From contig JBFWMA010000004.1 of assembly GCA_050251875.1 (NCBI GenBank), forward strand, positions 96,001-160,000: DNA of 64,000 bases, written 5' to 3'. Below are positions 1-8,795 of the stretch, one piece after another. Numbering within the stretch: position 1 is the stretch's first letter; each line of letters begins with the position of its first letter. The notes under the pieces were generated by a model, which was not told the origin of the DNA, searched no databases, and saw only the letters and a program-made list of their open reading frames with translations. This stretch comes from Deferribacterales bacterium (GTDB taxonomy: Bacteria; Chrysiogenota; Deferribacteres; Deferribacterales; Geovibrionaceae). Position numbers and translations under genes: made by a program.

Positions 1-2
1 AA

Positions 3-101
3 AGAGCTGAACAGGGCTTGCCTGTTATGACTGACATTGAAGAGGAAACATTCAAATTTCAGAATGAGCCTACAGTAAAATATGAGCTGAGCAAGCATTA
101 A
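3..101 (+). CDS. 3' end of a hypothetical protein (truncated by window edge)
   Basis: Open frame RAEQGLPVMTDIEEETFKFQNEPTVKYELSKH* followed by a hairpin. Confidence 0.4.
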   Translation, partial: RAEQGLPVMTDIEEETFKFQNEPTVKYELSKH

Positions 102-105
102 AAAC

Positions 106-148
106 AGGCGGGGAAACCCGCCTATTTGCTTGTATGTAACAAGGGGGG
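106..148 (+). other. GC hairpin plus second hairpin/G-tract: terminator and/or candidate nick origin (dso/oriT)
   Basis: AGGCGGG-GAAA-CCCGCCT (106-123); CTTGT-ATGTA-ACAAG (129-143) running into GGGGGG. Confidence 0.45.
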
Positions 149-259
149 AGAGACACACCCAGTAAAACACACTATTACTCATATGAGCCAATCACTTACA
201 TCATTTTTAAACTTGACAAAAATTAACACTTTTTTAACACACTAAAATTAGGGGTTAGC

Positions 260-1222
260 ATGGAGGTTATAGGCTATGGAATAGACCATATAACTTTGTC
301 TATTACATTAAAACAGAAGGGACTAACACCAGTAGAAACCTATGACAGATTCCATAAAAGCATCATTGAATACTTTGAGCTGGACTGTGTAGGTGTAGCG
401 GGTGCGAGGTTCAATGAGGACATGGAATACAGGCAGAACGGAACGCCGACACAGTTTACATTAAGCCTGTTCTCACACCTCACCAGACGGCTGAAATTGA
501 CCACAGCGGAAGAGTACGCCGAATATATACACGAATGCTTTACAAAAGCATTCCCAGTCTTAGAAAGCGTATTTGAGACCGTGTACAGGGTGAACAAGGT
601 TGAATACTTCATAGACTGGCAAAAAGGGCAAATCAGACCGTTTAAGAAGACGATTAAGAGCATCAAGCCGTCAACTACAAAGCTGACATTCAGCCAGTGG
701 GAGAACGGAGACACACCCAGCAGTTATTATGTAAAGGCTAACGGCTGGGAACTTGTGAGGTACAACAAGACAAAACAGCTCATAGATGAAAGAAAGACGG
801 CGTATTACCCGCATGAGTACGCCGACATAGACAATCCTGTCTATAGAACAGAGCTGAGGCTTTTTAAGGACTACATACAACGACATGATGAAGAAAGAAT
901 CAAGGCGGAACATGTAGCACTAAAACTGCTTGGCAACATCACAGACACCCAGAGAGACATCAAGAAGCTGACGGCAAGCATCAATCCAAAAGGCACGCTG
1001 AAAGTTTCGTCAAAACCATTAAGACACAGAACACTTGCAGACGTAGAGGACACCATATACAGCCGTGTGGCTAATGAGGTTGAAAACGTCAAGTCTGCAT
1101 ATGAAGCGGCGGGCATTCCTTTTGACCGCTCAGAGGCTCTGAAACGCTTTGACAGCATCATTTCAAGCACTCACCCACAGAAGGACAAAACAAGACGTTA
1201 CAAGCGTCAAATAACAGCGTAG
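260..1222 (+). CDS. Putative Rep_trans/MOBT-like rolling-circle replication initiator or relaxase
   Basis: Motif order GIDHITLS ... RVNKVEYFID ... SSYYVK..ELVRYNKTKQ ... VYRTELRL resembles Rep_trans D / R.D...D / Y.K / R.E motifs. Confidence 0.55.
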   Translation: MEVIGYGIDHITLSITLKQKGLTPVETYDRFHKSIIEYFELDCVGVAGARFNEDMEYRQNGTPTQFTLSLFSHLTRRLKLTTAEEYAEYIHECFTKAFPVLESVFETVYRVNKVEYFIDWQKGQIRPFKKTIKSIKPSTTKLTFSQWENGDTPSSYYVKANGWELVRYNKTKQLIDERKTAYYPHEYADIDNPVYRTELRLFKDYIQRHDEERIKAEHVALKLLGNITDTQRDIKKLTASINPKGTLKVSSKPLRHRTLADVEDTIYSRVANEVENVKSAYEAAGIPFDRSEALKRFDSIISSTHPQKDKTRRYKRQITA

Positions 1223-1235
1223 AGAGGTTTAAATT

Positions 1236-1592
1236 ATGTATGAAGTAGTAACAAAATACATCAGAATTACATCAAACGGAAAGACCAACGAAATTATAGC
1301 AACTGAGGATGTCAGCAGAGAGATTGAAAGGCTCAGAGAGGAAAACAAACGCCTCAAACAAGAGCTTTCAGACAAGAAAGAGAAAAAGCAGGATTCAGGT
1401 TTTCTGAACACAAACGAGGCGGCGGAATATTTGAAAGTAACACCTCAGCATGTCAGAAACTTAGTAAATGACAAAAAGCTGGTTTTTATGCGTGATTTTG
1501 TAAAGACAAGCTCAGGAAGGCTGATGTTTAAGAAAAAGGCTCTTGATTCATGGATTGAAGGCAGAACAAACACAAGGCTTGCGGTAGTATAG
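1236..1592 (+). CDS. Excisionase-family (HTH_17) DNA-binding protein with N-terminal coiled coil
   Basis: FLNTNEAAEYLKVTPQHVRNLV...GRLMFKKKALDSWIE. Confidence 0.8.
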   Translation: MYEVVTKYIRITSNGKTNEIIATEDVSREIERLREENKRLKQELSDKKEKKQDSGFLNTNEAAEYLKVTPQHVRNLVNDKKLVFMRDFVKTSSGRLMFKKKALDSWIEGRTNTRLAVV

Positions 1593-1717
1593 AAGAAGAC
1601 TTGATTTATATTATTTGTTGTTATAAATTTTAAGTATAAGCATTGTGTCGAAAAAGAAAAATCTTGACACCTTGCTTTAAAAAGGTTAGTTACAAAGCAA
1701 ATCTAGAGGAGGCACAA

Positions 1718-1897
1718 ATGGCAACTACATCTTTTTTTACAGACTTCAAAGTTGAAACAAACGAAGTAGCAGAACAACTTGTAAAAGACCTTGAAAATGT
1801 AGCTAGTGAAGTTGTGTCTACCATCAATGTAGATGAGCAAACCTATGAGGGTGACAAGCTATACAACCTATTTGCATACCGCTCAGAGAATTATTAA
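1718..1897 (+). CDS. Small acidic protein, putative antitoxin of the GNAT pair
   Basis: GAGGAGG RBS before ATG 1718; 59 aa MATTSFFTDF...; overlaps the downstream GNAT frame. Confidence 0.6.
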   Translation: MATTSFFTDFKVETNEVAEQLVKDLENVASEVVSTINVDEQTYEGDKLYNLFAYRSENY

Positions 1898-2442
1898 AGT
1901 CACCTAATACCTATGGAGTGATTCTTTCTGGCTTACAGTTGTTTCAATGTAGTCGGAATTCTGACATTGAACAATTCTTAAAAACCAAAGCAGCTGATTT
2001 TGACAAGCAACGCATAGGACGTACGTTTCTCATTGTAGACAAAGAGAAAATTGTCCCACCAATAGAAAGTAATCCGATTGAAATATTGGCTTATTTTACA
2101 CTTAGCTCAAAGTGTGTTGAGATTGGTGACCAAGTTTCTAAAAGCTTACGAAAGAAAATCAATGCGAACTCTTCAAGAATACCCGCTGTATTGCTAGCAC
2201 AAGTAGGAAAGAATGACAATGCTTCTGGCTATAACGGTCACGAGCTTTTTTGTCTTATTGAGTCTTTTGTGGCTAAAACAATGAATCTTATTGCTGGGAA
2301 GCTAATGATTCTAGAGTGTGACAAGGTAGAGAAACTAATATGTCACTATAAATCTCTTGGCTACAACTCACTTGGTGACCATAATGAATTACACCAAATG
2401 TATAAGGTTATAGACACAAAGATTTGTAACGGAGAATCTTAG
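1861..2442 (+). CDS. GNAT-family acetyltransferase, putative toxin (start uncertain: ATA 1861 or GTG 1918)
   Basis: FQCSRNSDIEQFLK, ILAYFTLS, PAVLLAQVGKN, LICHYKSLGY motifs typical of TA-associated GNATs. Confidence 0.7.
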   Translation: MQPICIPLRELLKSPNTYGVILSGLQLFQCSRNSDIEQFLKTKAADFDKQRIGRTFLIVDKEKIVPPIESNPIEILAYFTLSSKCVEIGDQVSKSLRKKINANSSRIPAVLLAQVGKNDNASGYNGHELFCLIESFVAKTMNLIAGKLMILECDKVEKLICHYKSLGYNSLGDHNELHQMYKVIDTKICNGES

Positions 2443-2518
2443 GTCTATATAATCACTCATTTCAGTCTCGTCATGCCCGCACTCTCAAAGTTATTTACTC
2501 AAAACTAATAGTTATACG

Positions 2519-2552
2519 TATTTTCAATCAGGCAAAATTGTGCTTTAATATG
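2519..2552 (+). promoter_or_regulatory. sigma70-type promoter of the type III R-M operon
   Basis: TTTTCA-N17-TTTAAT with extended -10 TG; 31/34 identical to 12521-12554. Confidence 0.65.
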
Positions 2553-2590
2553 AGCGTAGTTTATGAATTTAGAGGCGGGGTTTACATACT

Positions 2591-5500
2591 ATGGCAAAGA
2601 GAAAAATTGAAGATTACGAACATAAAGAGAATTTGAGGCTAAACAACCCACATGTAGGGAAAGTTACTCCTCATTCAGACAAAGATGATGGCAAAAAGAC
2701 CTATGCGTATGACCCGCACCTGAGCCCAGAGCTTCAATTTGATTCTTCTAGAGCGGTAGTCGAAAACATTATTGCAGATGCTCTTGCAACTGGCGATGCT
2801 GATGCGATGAAGAAAGCACTAGAAAAGCTTCAGCAGATGCAACAGCCATACCTTAACTGGGCAGGCAAGGCTGAAAAAACAACTTTTGAAGTACCTACCG
2901 TGTCACTGCATGTCCATGAGCGTATGAAAGCAACAACTATTGTTGAATCCATACGCAAAAAGAACGGATGGCAGCCAGAAGTAGCAGACTTTATGCATCA
3001 AGCATCAATAGCTGAGGATTTAGAGTTTTATAAACACCAGAAAGAGTGGTCAAACAGACTTATTGCTGGTGACTCTCTTCTTGTCATGAACTCCCTTGTA
3101 GAAAAAGAAGGAATGGCTGGTAAGGTTCAGATGATTTACATAGACCCGCCATACGGAATCAAATATGGCTCTAACTTTCAGCCTTTTGTAAATAAAAGAA
3201 ATGTCACAGATAAAAACGACTCCGACTTAACACAAGAGCCTGAGATGGTTAAAGCTTTTCGTGACACATGGGAACTCGGAATTCATTCTTATTTGACGTA
3301 TTTACGTGACAGAGTCTTGTTTTCACATGAGCTTATGTCAAACACAGGTTCAATATTCGTGCAAATAAGTGACGAAAATATTCACTTAGTAAGAAATATA
3401 CTCGATGAGATATACGGAGCAAGCAATTTTGCAGGACTAATTACATTTCAGAAAACTGGAAGTATTGCTGGTAACCTACTCGGTTCGACTGTTGATTTCG
3501 TACTCTGGTATGCGAAAGACATCAACAATGTCAAATACAATCAGCTATATATTGAGAGAAAACAAGGTGACACAAGTCTAGACCGCTATGATTATAATGA
3601 ATCATTGGCTTGTGGTATTAACAAAATACCAGCGAAAGCAATTCGAGGTGAAGAACCCTTGCCTTATGGTAAAAGATTGAGGTTACAAACATTACTCTCT
3701 GATGGAGAGTCCAAACAGCAAGTACCATTTATTTTTCAAAATGAAGATTTTATGCCCCGAAGCGGTAAGCACTGGAAAACAGAGCCTACCGTAAATATGC
3801 AACGACTAGTAAAATCGAATAGAATTTTCAAACAAGGAAGTTCTCCTTGGTATAAGCGTTATGTAATAGATTTTCCTGTTATTCCTTTAGGTGACAGATG
3901 GGAAAGCATGCAAATTGGTACAGAACTTAACTATGTGGTGCAAACTGCAAACAAAGTCATTGAACGTTGTATGCTTATGACAACAGACCCAGGAGACATT
4001 GTTCTTGACCCTACATGTGGTAGTGGGACAACTGCTTTTGTTGCTGAAAAGTGGGGCCGCAGATGGATTACATGCGACACCTCAAGAGTTGCTGTGACAC
4101 TTGCAAAACAGAGACTTCTTACCTCAACATATGATTACTTTGAACTCGCTCACCCAGAAGAAGGTGTTTCTTCCGGGTTTGTATATAAAACCGTACCTCA
4201 TATTACCCTCAAATCAATTGCTCATAACGAAGAAATTGACAGGATTTATGATGAATACATAGCAGACATTCAAATCGAGCTTGGCTCAATAAATAAGCTT
4301 CTTAATAAAAACTGGCAAGAGTGGGAAGTTCCGTTTGATGAGCTTTATGATTGGGGTGAAGATGCTGTAATTGCTTTGAAACAATACCATGCTCTTAAAA
4401 AATCACATGAAGCTGATGTTGAGGAACGTTCCAAGAATGGTGCTACACTCTCTGACCTGGAAATGCTTGACCACAATTATGAGAACCAAAAGTCTAATTT
4501 TCTTAAAGCAATAAACAAAGCGACCAAGAAGAAGCTGACAGAAGAAGAGCTTCCTTTTGAAGAATACCTTGATTGGCCAGATGAAGCCATTCGTCATTTC
4601 AAGCGTTTCCACCAAAGGCGCATGGAGCGACAGTCTAGAATTGACGAATCAATTGCAAAGAATGCACCGCAAGAAACAATGTACGACCAGCCAAAGATTG
4701 ACAAAAAGAAAGTCAGAGTAACAGGGCCATTTACCGTTGAAGCTGTACCTGCCCCAGTGTCTGGGCCTTTTACAACTGACGGGACACCAGCATCAACAGC
4801 AAGACCACTTGAAGAAATGGAAGAAGAACCCGCTTCTGATGAATCAGTAGCACGGAGCGGAGAGACTGCAAGACAATCCGATTGGCGAGATGAGCTTTTA
4901 AAAACTGGCATAAGAGGCAAAGGCGGGCAGATGATTGAATTTGTCCGGGTTGAAGCTTTGAGTGGTACAAAATACCTTCATGCTGAAGCTGAAACAAAAG
5001 GTGACGGGCAAATGGCAGTAATTTCGTTTGGCCCTGAGCATGCACCGCTTGAGCAAAGGCAGGTAGCACTAGCTATTGATGAAGCATCGAACTTTTACCC
5101 AAAACCAAAAATGCTTTTGTTTGCCACATTCCAATTTGACCCGGAAGCATCTAAAGACATAGATGAAATACCCACAGACAGGTTAGGCATGGCACTTTTA
5201 AAAGTGCAAATGAATGGTGACCTTCTTACGGATGACCTGAAAAAGAAACGCTCTAGTAATGAATCTTTCTGGCTCATAGGGCAACCTGATGTTGAACTCC
5301 TCAAAGATAATGATGGGCAGTTCCGCATTCAGGTAAATGGATTTGACTATTATGACACAAAAACAGGAAAGGTTCTGTCTGGTGACAGTAGTCATATTGC
5401 TATGTGGATGCTCGACCCAGATTATGACAACCGAAGCCTATTCCCTAAACAAGTTTTCTTTCCTATGGCAGGGACACAGGATGGTTGGGCAAAAATGGCA

Positions 5501-5653
5501 AAATCACTTAAAGAGGAAGTTGACCAGTCTCTTGTGAGAGATTACCACGGGACAACTTCTCTTCCTTTTGAGATTGGTGGCTATAAGCAGGCTGCGGTAA
5601 AAATCATTGATGACCGTGGAATTGAAAGCTTGAAAATTATAGCACTGGACTAA
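2591..5653 (+). CDS. mod: Type III R-M DNA methyltransferase (beta-class amino-MTase)
   Basis: YIDPPYG catalytic motif precedes the DPTCGSGTT SAM motif; followed 4 bp later by a Res-like helicase-nuclease. Confidence 0.9.
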   Translation: MAKRKIEDYEHKENLRLNNPHVGKVTPHSDKDDGKKTYAYDPHLSPELQFDSSRAVVENIIADALATGDADAMKKALEKLQQMQQPYLNWAGKAEKTTFEVPTVSLHVHERMKATTIVESIRKKNGWQPEVADFMHQASIAEDLEFYKHQKEWSNRLIAGDSLLVMNSLVEKEGMAGKVQMIYIDPPYGIKYGSNFQPFVNKRNVTDKNDSDLTQEPEMVKAFRDTWELGIHSYLTYLRDRVLFSHELMSNTGSIFVQISDENIHLVRNILDEIYGASNFAGLITFQKTGSIAGNLLGSTVDFVLWYAKDINNVKYNQLYIERKQGDTSLDRYDYNESLACGINKIPAKAIRGEEPLPYGKRLRLQTLLSDGESKQQVPFIFQNEDFMPRSGKHWKTEPTVNMQRLVKSNRIFKQGSSPWYKRYVIDFPVIPLGDRWESMQIGTELNYVVQTANKVIERCMLMTTDPGDIVLDPTCGSGTTAFVAEKWGRRWITCDTSRVAVTLAKQRLLTSTYDYFELAHPEEGVSSGFVYKTVPHITLKSIAHNEEIDRIYDEYIADIQIELGSINKLLNKNWQEWEVPFDELYDWGEDAVIALKQYHALKKSHEADVEERSKNGATLSDLEMLDHNYENQKSNFLKAINKATKKKLTEEELPFEEYLDWPDEAIRHFKRFHQRRMERQSRIDESIAKNAPQETMYDQPKIDKKKVRVTGPFTVEAVPAPVSGPFTTDGTPASTARPLEEMEEEPASDESVARSGETARQSDWRDELLKTGIRGKGGQMIEFVRVEALSGTKYLHAEAETKGDGQMAVISFGPEHAPLEQRQVALAIDEASNFYPKPKMLLFATFQFDPEASKDIDEIPTDRLGMALLKVQMNGDLLTDDLKKKRSSNESFWLIGQPDVELLKDNDGQFRIQVNGFDYYDTKTGKVLSGDSSHIAMWMLDPDYDNRSLFPKQVFFPMAGTQDGWAKMAKSLKEEVDQSLVRDYHGTTSLPFEIGGYKQAAVKIIDDRGIESLKIIALD

Positions 5654-5657
5654 GGCC

Positions 5658-8435
5658 ATGAAAAATATTGACCATTTAATAATAAATTCGCCTTATGTAG
5701 AACCTCAAAGGCACTGGAAATATGACCGAGAAAGACGTGAGTTTGAGCTTGCTGATGGAAGACGTGAGGCAGGCTATATTGTTGCAACACCTGGCTCTCA
5801 GTCTTTTGATGACCCAGGAATCTTTTACCCTATTGAGCTGGTAAACAAAATTCGCCCAAGAATAGCAAAGTGGAAAGCTGATGGTTACCCTAATGCAACA
5901 GGCGTAACACGAAAGCTACTTGAGCACTGGGATGACAAAGAAACAAGACGCTTCCCTTTTTTTTATTGCCAGAAAGAGGCCATAGAAACGCTTATTTGGC
6001 TTTCTGAAGCACCCCTAGCAGACAAGCAAGGAATTGATGTCCCAAGTGATGGCGGTGAGTTTACACGCTATTGCAGCAAACTTGCCACAGGCTCTGGAAA
6101 AACAGTCGTCATGGCAATGTTGATTGCATGGCATGTACTCAACAAGACCAGTTACCCTACAAATCCAAAATATGCAAAAGATGTGTTTGTTGTGGCTCCA
6201 GGGCTGACTGTTAAACAGCGACTTCAGGTGTTAAACCCTACAGACCCGAATAACTTCTATGATGCTTTTGGTATTGTCCCAGCTACATTAAAACACAAGA
6301 TGTACCAAGCTCGTGTGAAAATAGAAAACTGGCACACTCTTAATTGGGAATCAGAAGAACAGGTTCAGAAGAAGAAATCAGTAGATAAACGGGGAGCAAA
6401 AAGTGATGAGGCATATGTACGTGATGTACTCGGCGAAATGGCAAATGCCTCTAACATTCTTGTCATAAATGATGAGGCACACCACGCCTGGAGAGTCCCG
6501 GCAGAATCTAAAGTAAAAGACTATTCAAAAGAAGAACTTGATGCAACAAAATGGGTTGGCGGACTAGACAGAATTAATAATGCAAGAGGCATTTTGACAT
6601 GCTACGACTTTTCTGCAACTCCGTTTGCACCTAGTGGAAAAAGAAGCTCTGAAGAAGCTCTTTTTTCATGGATTGTAAGTGATTTTGGTTTAAATGATGC
6701 AATTGAATCAGGACTTGTGAAAACTCCTCGTGTTGTTGTCAGAGATGACGCAAGACCAGATGCTCATGACTATAAATCCCGTTTCTTTCACATCTACAAA
6801 GATGATGAAGTTCATAACGATTTAAATAGAAACGCCAATCCTGAAGAACCATTACCCCAGTTGGTTTCAACTGCATATTATTTTCTTGGTTATGACTGGA
6901 AAAGAACTCTTGATGCTTGGAAAGAATCAGGGATGGAAGTTCCTCCGGTTATGATTACTGTTGCAAACAGAACAGAAACAGCAGCTCGTGTAAAACACAT
7001 GTTTGACACTGGCGTTATTGACATTGAAGAGCTTTCAAAACCTGAGAAAACTCTACACATTGACTCAAAAGTTCTAAAAGAGGCTGAAACGAACGCAGAC
7101 AATGTAGATGTAAACTTTTACGAAATCGAAGATTTGGAAGAAGTAAAGCTTACAAAAAAAGAAGCAGCGGAGCTTCTAAGGCAGCAAGTAGACACAGTGG
7201 GCAAGGCAGGTCAGCCTGGAGAACAGGTGCAAAATGTTATTTCTGTAGGGATGCTGTCCGAGGGCTGGGATGCAAATACTGTAACTCATATTATGGGACT
7301 TAGAGCTTTCTCTAGTCAGCTATTATGCGAGCAGGTTGTTGGCCGTGGGCTCAGAAGGGTTTCATATGATGTTGGAGAAAATGGCTTACTGCAACCAGAA
7401 TATGTGAATATTTTTGGAGTTCCATTTTCTTTCTTGCCACATGAAGGTGGAGAAGGAACAGAAGTACCGCCGCCACCGCCTTCTACTAAAATTGAGCCTG
7501 CAAGGGATAAGCAGGAATATGAAATCAAATGGCCAAATATTGTACGCTTTGATACTGTTTACAAACCAAAACTTGTGGTTGATTATGCTTCAGTACCTAC
7601 TCTTGAACTGAGTGCATTTGAAACACCAACTACCGCTGACCTTTCACCAGCCATTGCGGGAAAACCAGTAGAGGAGATTATTTCAAATATAGACTTAAGG
7701 GAGCATATTAAAGATTTGCGTATGCAAAGAGTGCTTTTTAAAACTAGTGCAAACTTATTTAACCAAATAAAGCCCAACTGGAAAGGAAGAGCTGACATAT
7801 TGCTAGCACAGCTAATAAAAATTGTAGAAGACTTTATTGCACTTAATGTTATTAGGATTAATCCACCCACAATTGAGGCAGGCCATGAAAGTAAAAAGCT
7901 TTTTCTCATTCTGCACATGCAATCAATTGTGCAGCATATAATGGATTGCATTAGACAAACTAATGTGGAGAGTCGTGTCCCTGTATTTCATATAGACAAA
8001 CCTATTCGCTCAACGTCAGAAATGCCTACTTGGTATACTCTTAGGCCATGTGGAAACGGCAGAAAGTCACATATAAACTACACAGTGTATGACAGTACAT
8101 GGGAAGCACACGAAGGCTACCAACTCGACCAGCATGACAATGTTCAATCATGGGTAAAGAATGACCGCCTTGGTTTTGACATTCTATATTCATTTAAAGG
8201 AGTTGTTCATAAGTATAGGCCTGACTTTCTTATTCGGTTCAAAAATGGAGACATGCTAATTTTAGAAACGAAAGGCAAAGACAGCCAGCAGAATCAATCA
8301 AAAAGAGCATCAGCCAAAGAGTGGGCAGAAGCAGTGACCAATCATGGTGGATTTGGAAATTGGTTTCATGATGTTTCTTTTCACCCAGATGACTTACAAG
8401 GTATACTTGAAAAATATTCTAAAGCTTCATCATAA
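5658..8435 (+). CDS. res: Type III restriction endonuclease subunit (BPTD_3080-like)
   Basis: LATGSGKT Walker A, NDEAHH, LSEGWD, EQVVGRGLR, C-terminal YRPDF...LETKG PD-(D/E)xK nuclease. Confidence 0.9.
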   Translation: MKNIDHLIINSPYVEPQRHWKYDRERREFELADGRREAGYIVATPGSQSFDDPGIFYPIELVNKIRPRIAKWKADGYPNATGVTRKLLEHWDDKETRRFPFFYCQKEAIETLIWLSEAPLADKQGIDVPSDGGEFTRYCSKLATGSGKTVVMAMLIAWHVLNKTSYPTNPKYAKDVFVVAPGLTVKQRLQVLNPTDPNNFYDAFGIVPATLKHKMYQARVKIENWHTLNWESEEQVQKKKSVDKRGAKSDEAYVRDVLGEMANASNILVINDEAHHAWRVPAESKVKDYSKEELDATKWVGGLDRINNARGILTCYDFSATPFAPSGKRSSEEALFSWIVSDFGLNDAIESGLVKTPRVVVRDDARPDAHDYKSRFFHIYKDDEVHNDLNRNANPEEPLPQLVSTAYYFLGYDWKRTLDAWKESGMEVPPVMITVANRTETAARVKHMFDTGVIDIEELSKPEKTLHIDSKVLKEAETNADNVDVNFYEIEDLEEVKLTKKEAAELLRQQVDTVGKAGQPGEQVQNVISVGMLSEGWDANTVTHIMGLRAFSSQLLCEQVVGRGLRRVSYDVGENGLLQPEYVNIFGVPFSFLPHEGGEGTEVPPPPPSTKIEPARDKQEYEIKWPNIVRFDTVYKPKLVVDYASVPTLELSAFETPTTADLSPAIAGKPVEEIISNIDLREHIKDLRMQRVLFKTSANLFNQIKPNWKGRADILLAQLIKIVEDFIALNVIRINPPTIEAGHESKKLFLILHMQSIVQHIMDCIRQTNVESRVPVFHIDKPIRSTSEMPTWYTLRPCGNGRKSHINYTVYDSTWEAHEGYQLDQHDNVQSWVKNDRLGFDILYSFKGVVHKYRPDFLIRFKNGDMLILETKGKDSQQNQSKRASAKEWAEAVTNHGGFGNWFHDVSFHPDDLQGILEKYSKASS

Positions 8436-8439
8436 ATGC

Positions 8440-8470
8440 AAAAGCCGCCTCATTTCTGGGCGGCTTTTTT
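8440..8470 (+). terminator. Intrinsic terminator after res
   Basis: AAAAGCCGCCT-CATTTCT-GGGCGGC-TTTTTT. Confidence 0.85.
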
Positions 8471-8582
8471 CTTGCAAACTTCTTTTATTCAGCATCAGAA
8501 AACAGTGACATAAAAATAATTTTAGTGGCGTTTTGGTGACACGCTAATTTTCATACACCATAACTTATTGCTAAATAATAAG

Positions 8583-8651
8583 TTTAAAAATGGAGGCGGC
8601 GGGAATCGAACCCACGTCCGAAGAACTTACAGCCAAAGGCGCTACATGCTT
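8583..8651 (-). repeat. att site: displaced copy of the tmRNA 3' end (junction of islands 1 and 2)
   Basis: 65/69 identical to 24090-24158; includes the T-arm and the acceptor-stem 3' strand. Confidence 0.95.
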
Positions 8652-8759
8652 GTCGTGCTGTGGCAAGCCAATTCGCCTAAACATCAATGATTTGCAGGTG
8701 TCTTGCGACACCCGCATTCCCAGATGAAAATTGGGTTTTTAGTGCTAATTTGAGCAGTA

Positions 8760-8780
8760 TTGCGACAATTTTGCGACAAT
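8760..8780 (+). repeat. Tandem TTGCGACAAT x2, putative integrase arm-type sites (left end of island 2)
   Basis: Copies at 8760-8769 and 8771-8780; partial copy TTGCGACA at 8703-8710; identical pair at 24030-24050. Confidence 0.8.
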
Positions 8781-8795
8781 AATTCGGGGTGAATT

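Larger units (their letters stand above)
1..8582. mobile_element. Island 1: integrative element distal to island 2 in a tandem array at ssrA; left end lies outside the window
   Basis: Rep-like, Xis-like, TA-like and type III R-M genes; AT-richer than the core region; abuts the displaced tmRNA 3' fragment at 8583-8651. Confidence 0.8.

Noticed and set aside
1643..1717. TTG-start N-terminal extension of the small ORF in the track
   Set aside because: A strong GAGGAGG RBS supports ATG 1718. Similar over-extended starts were trimmed for rhuM, hsdS, the dehydrogenase, smpB, hemerythrin, gspK, lepB, fliC and pseG.
2591..5653. Phase-variable mod (phasevarion)
   Set aside because: No simple-sequence repeat tract seen in the ORF or its promoter.
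8591..8651. Apparent tRNA gene (T-loop and acceptor 3' strand)
   Set aside because: Only a 3' fragment matching ssrA, with no 5' half; it is an att remnant.
8703..8780. Short repeats as a possible CRISPR or iteron array
   Set aside because: Only 2-3 copies of a 10-mer with no spacers, mirrored at the other island end; fits arm-type sites. No CRISPR array or cas genes were seen in the window.
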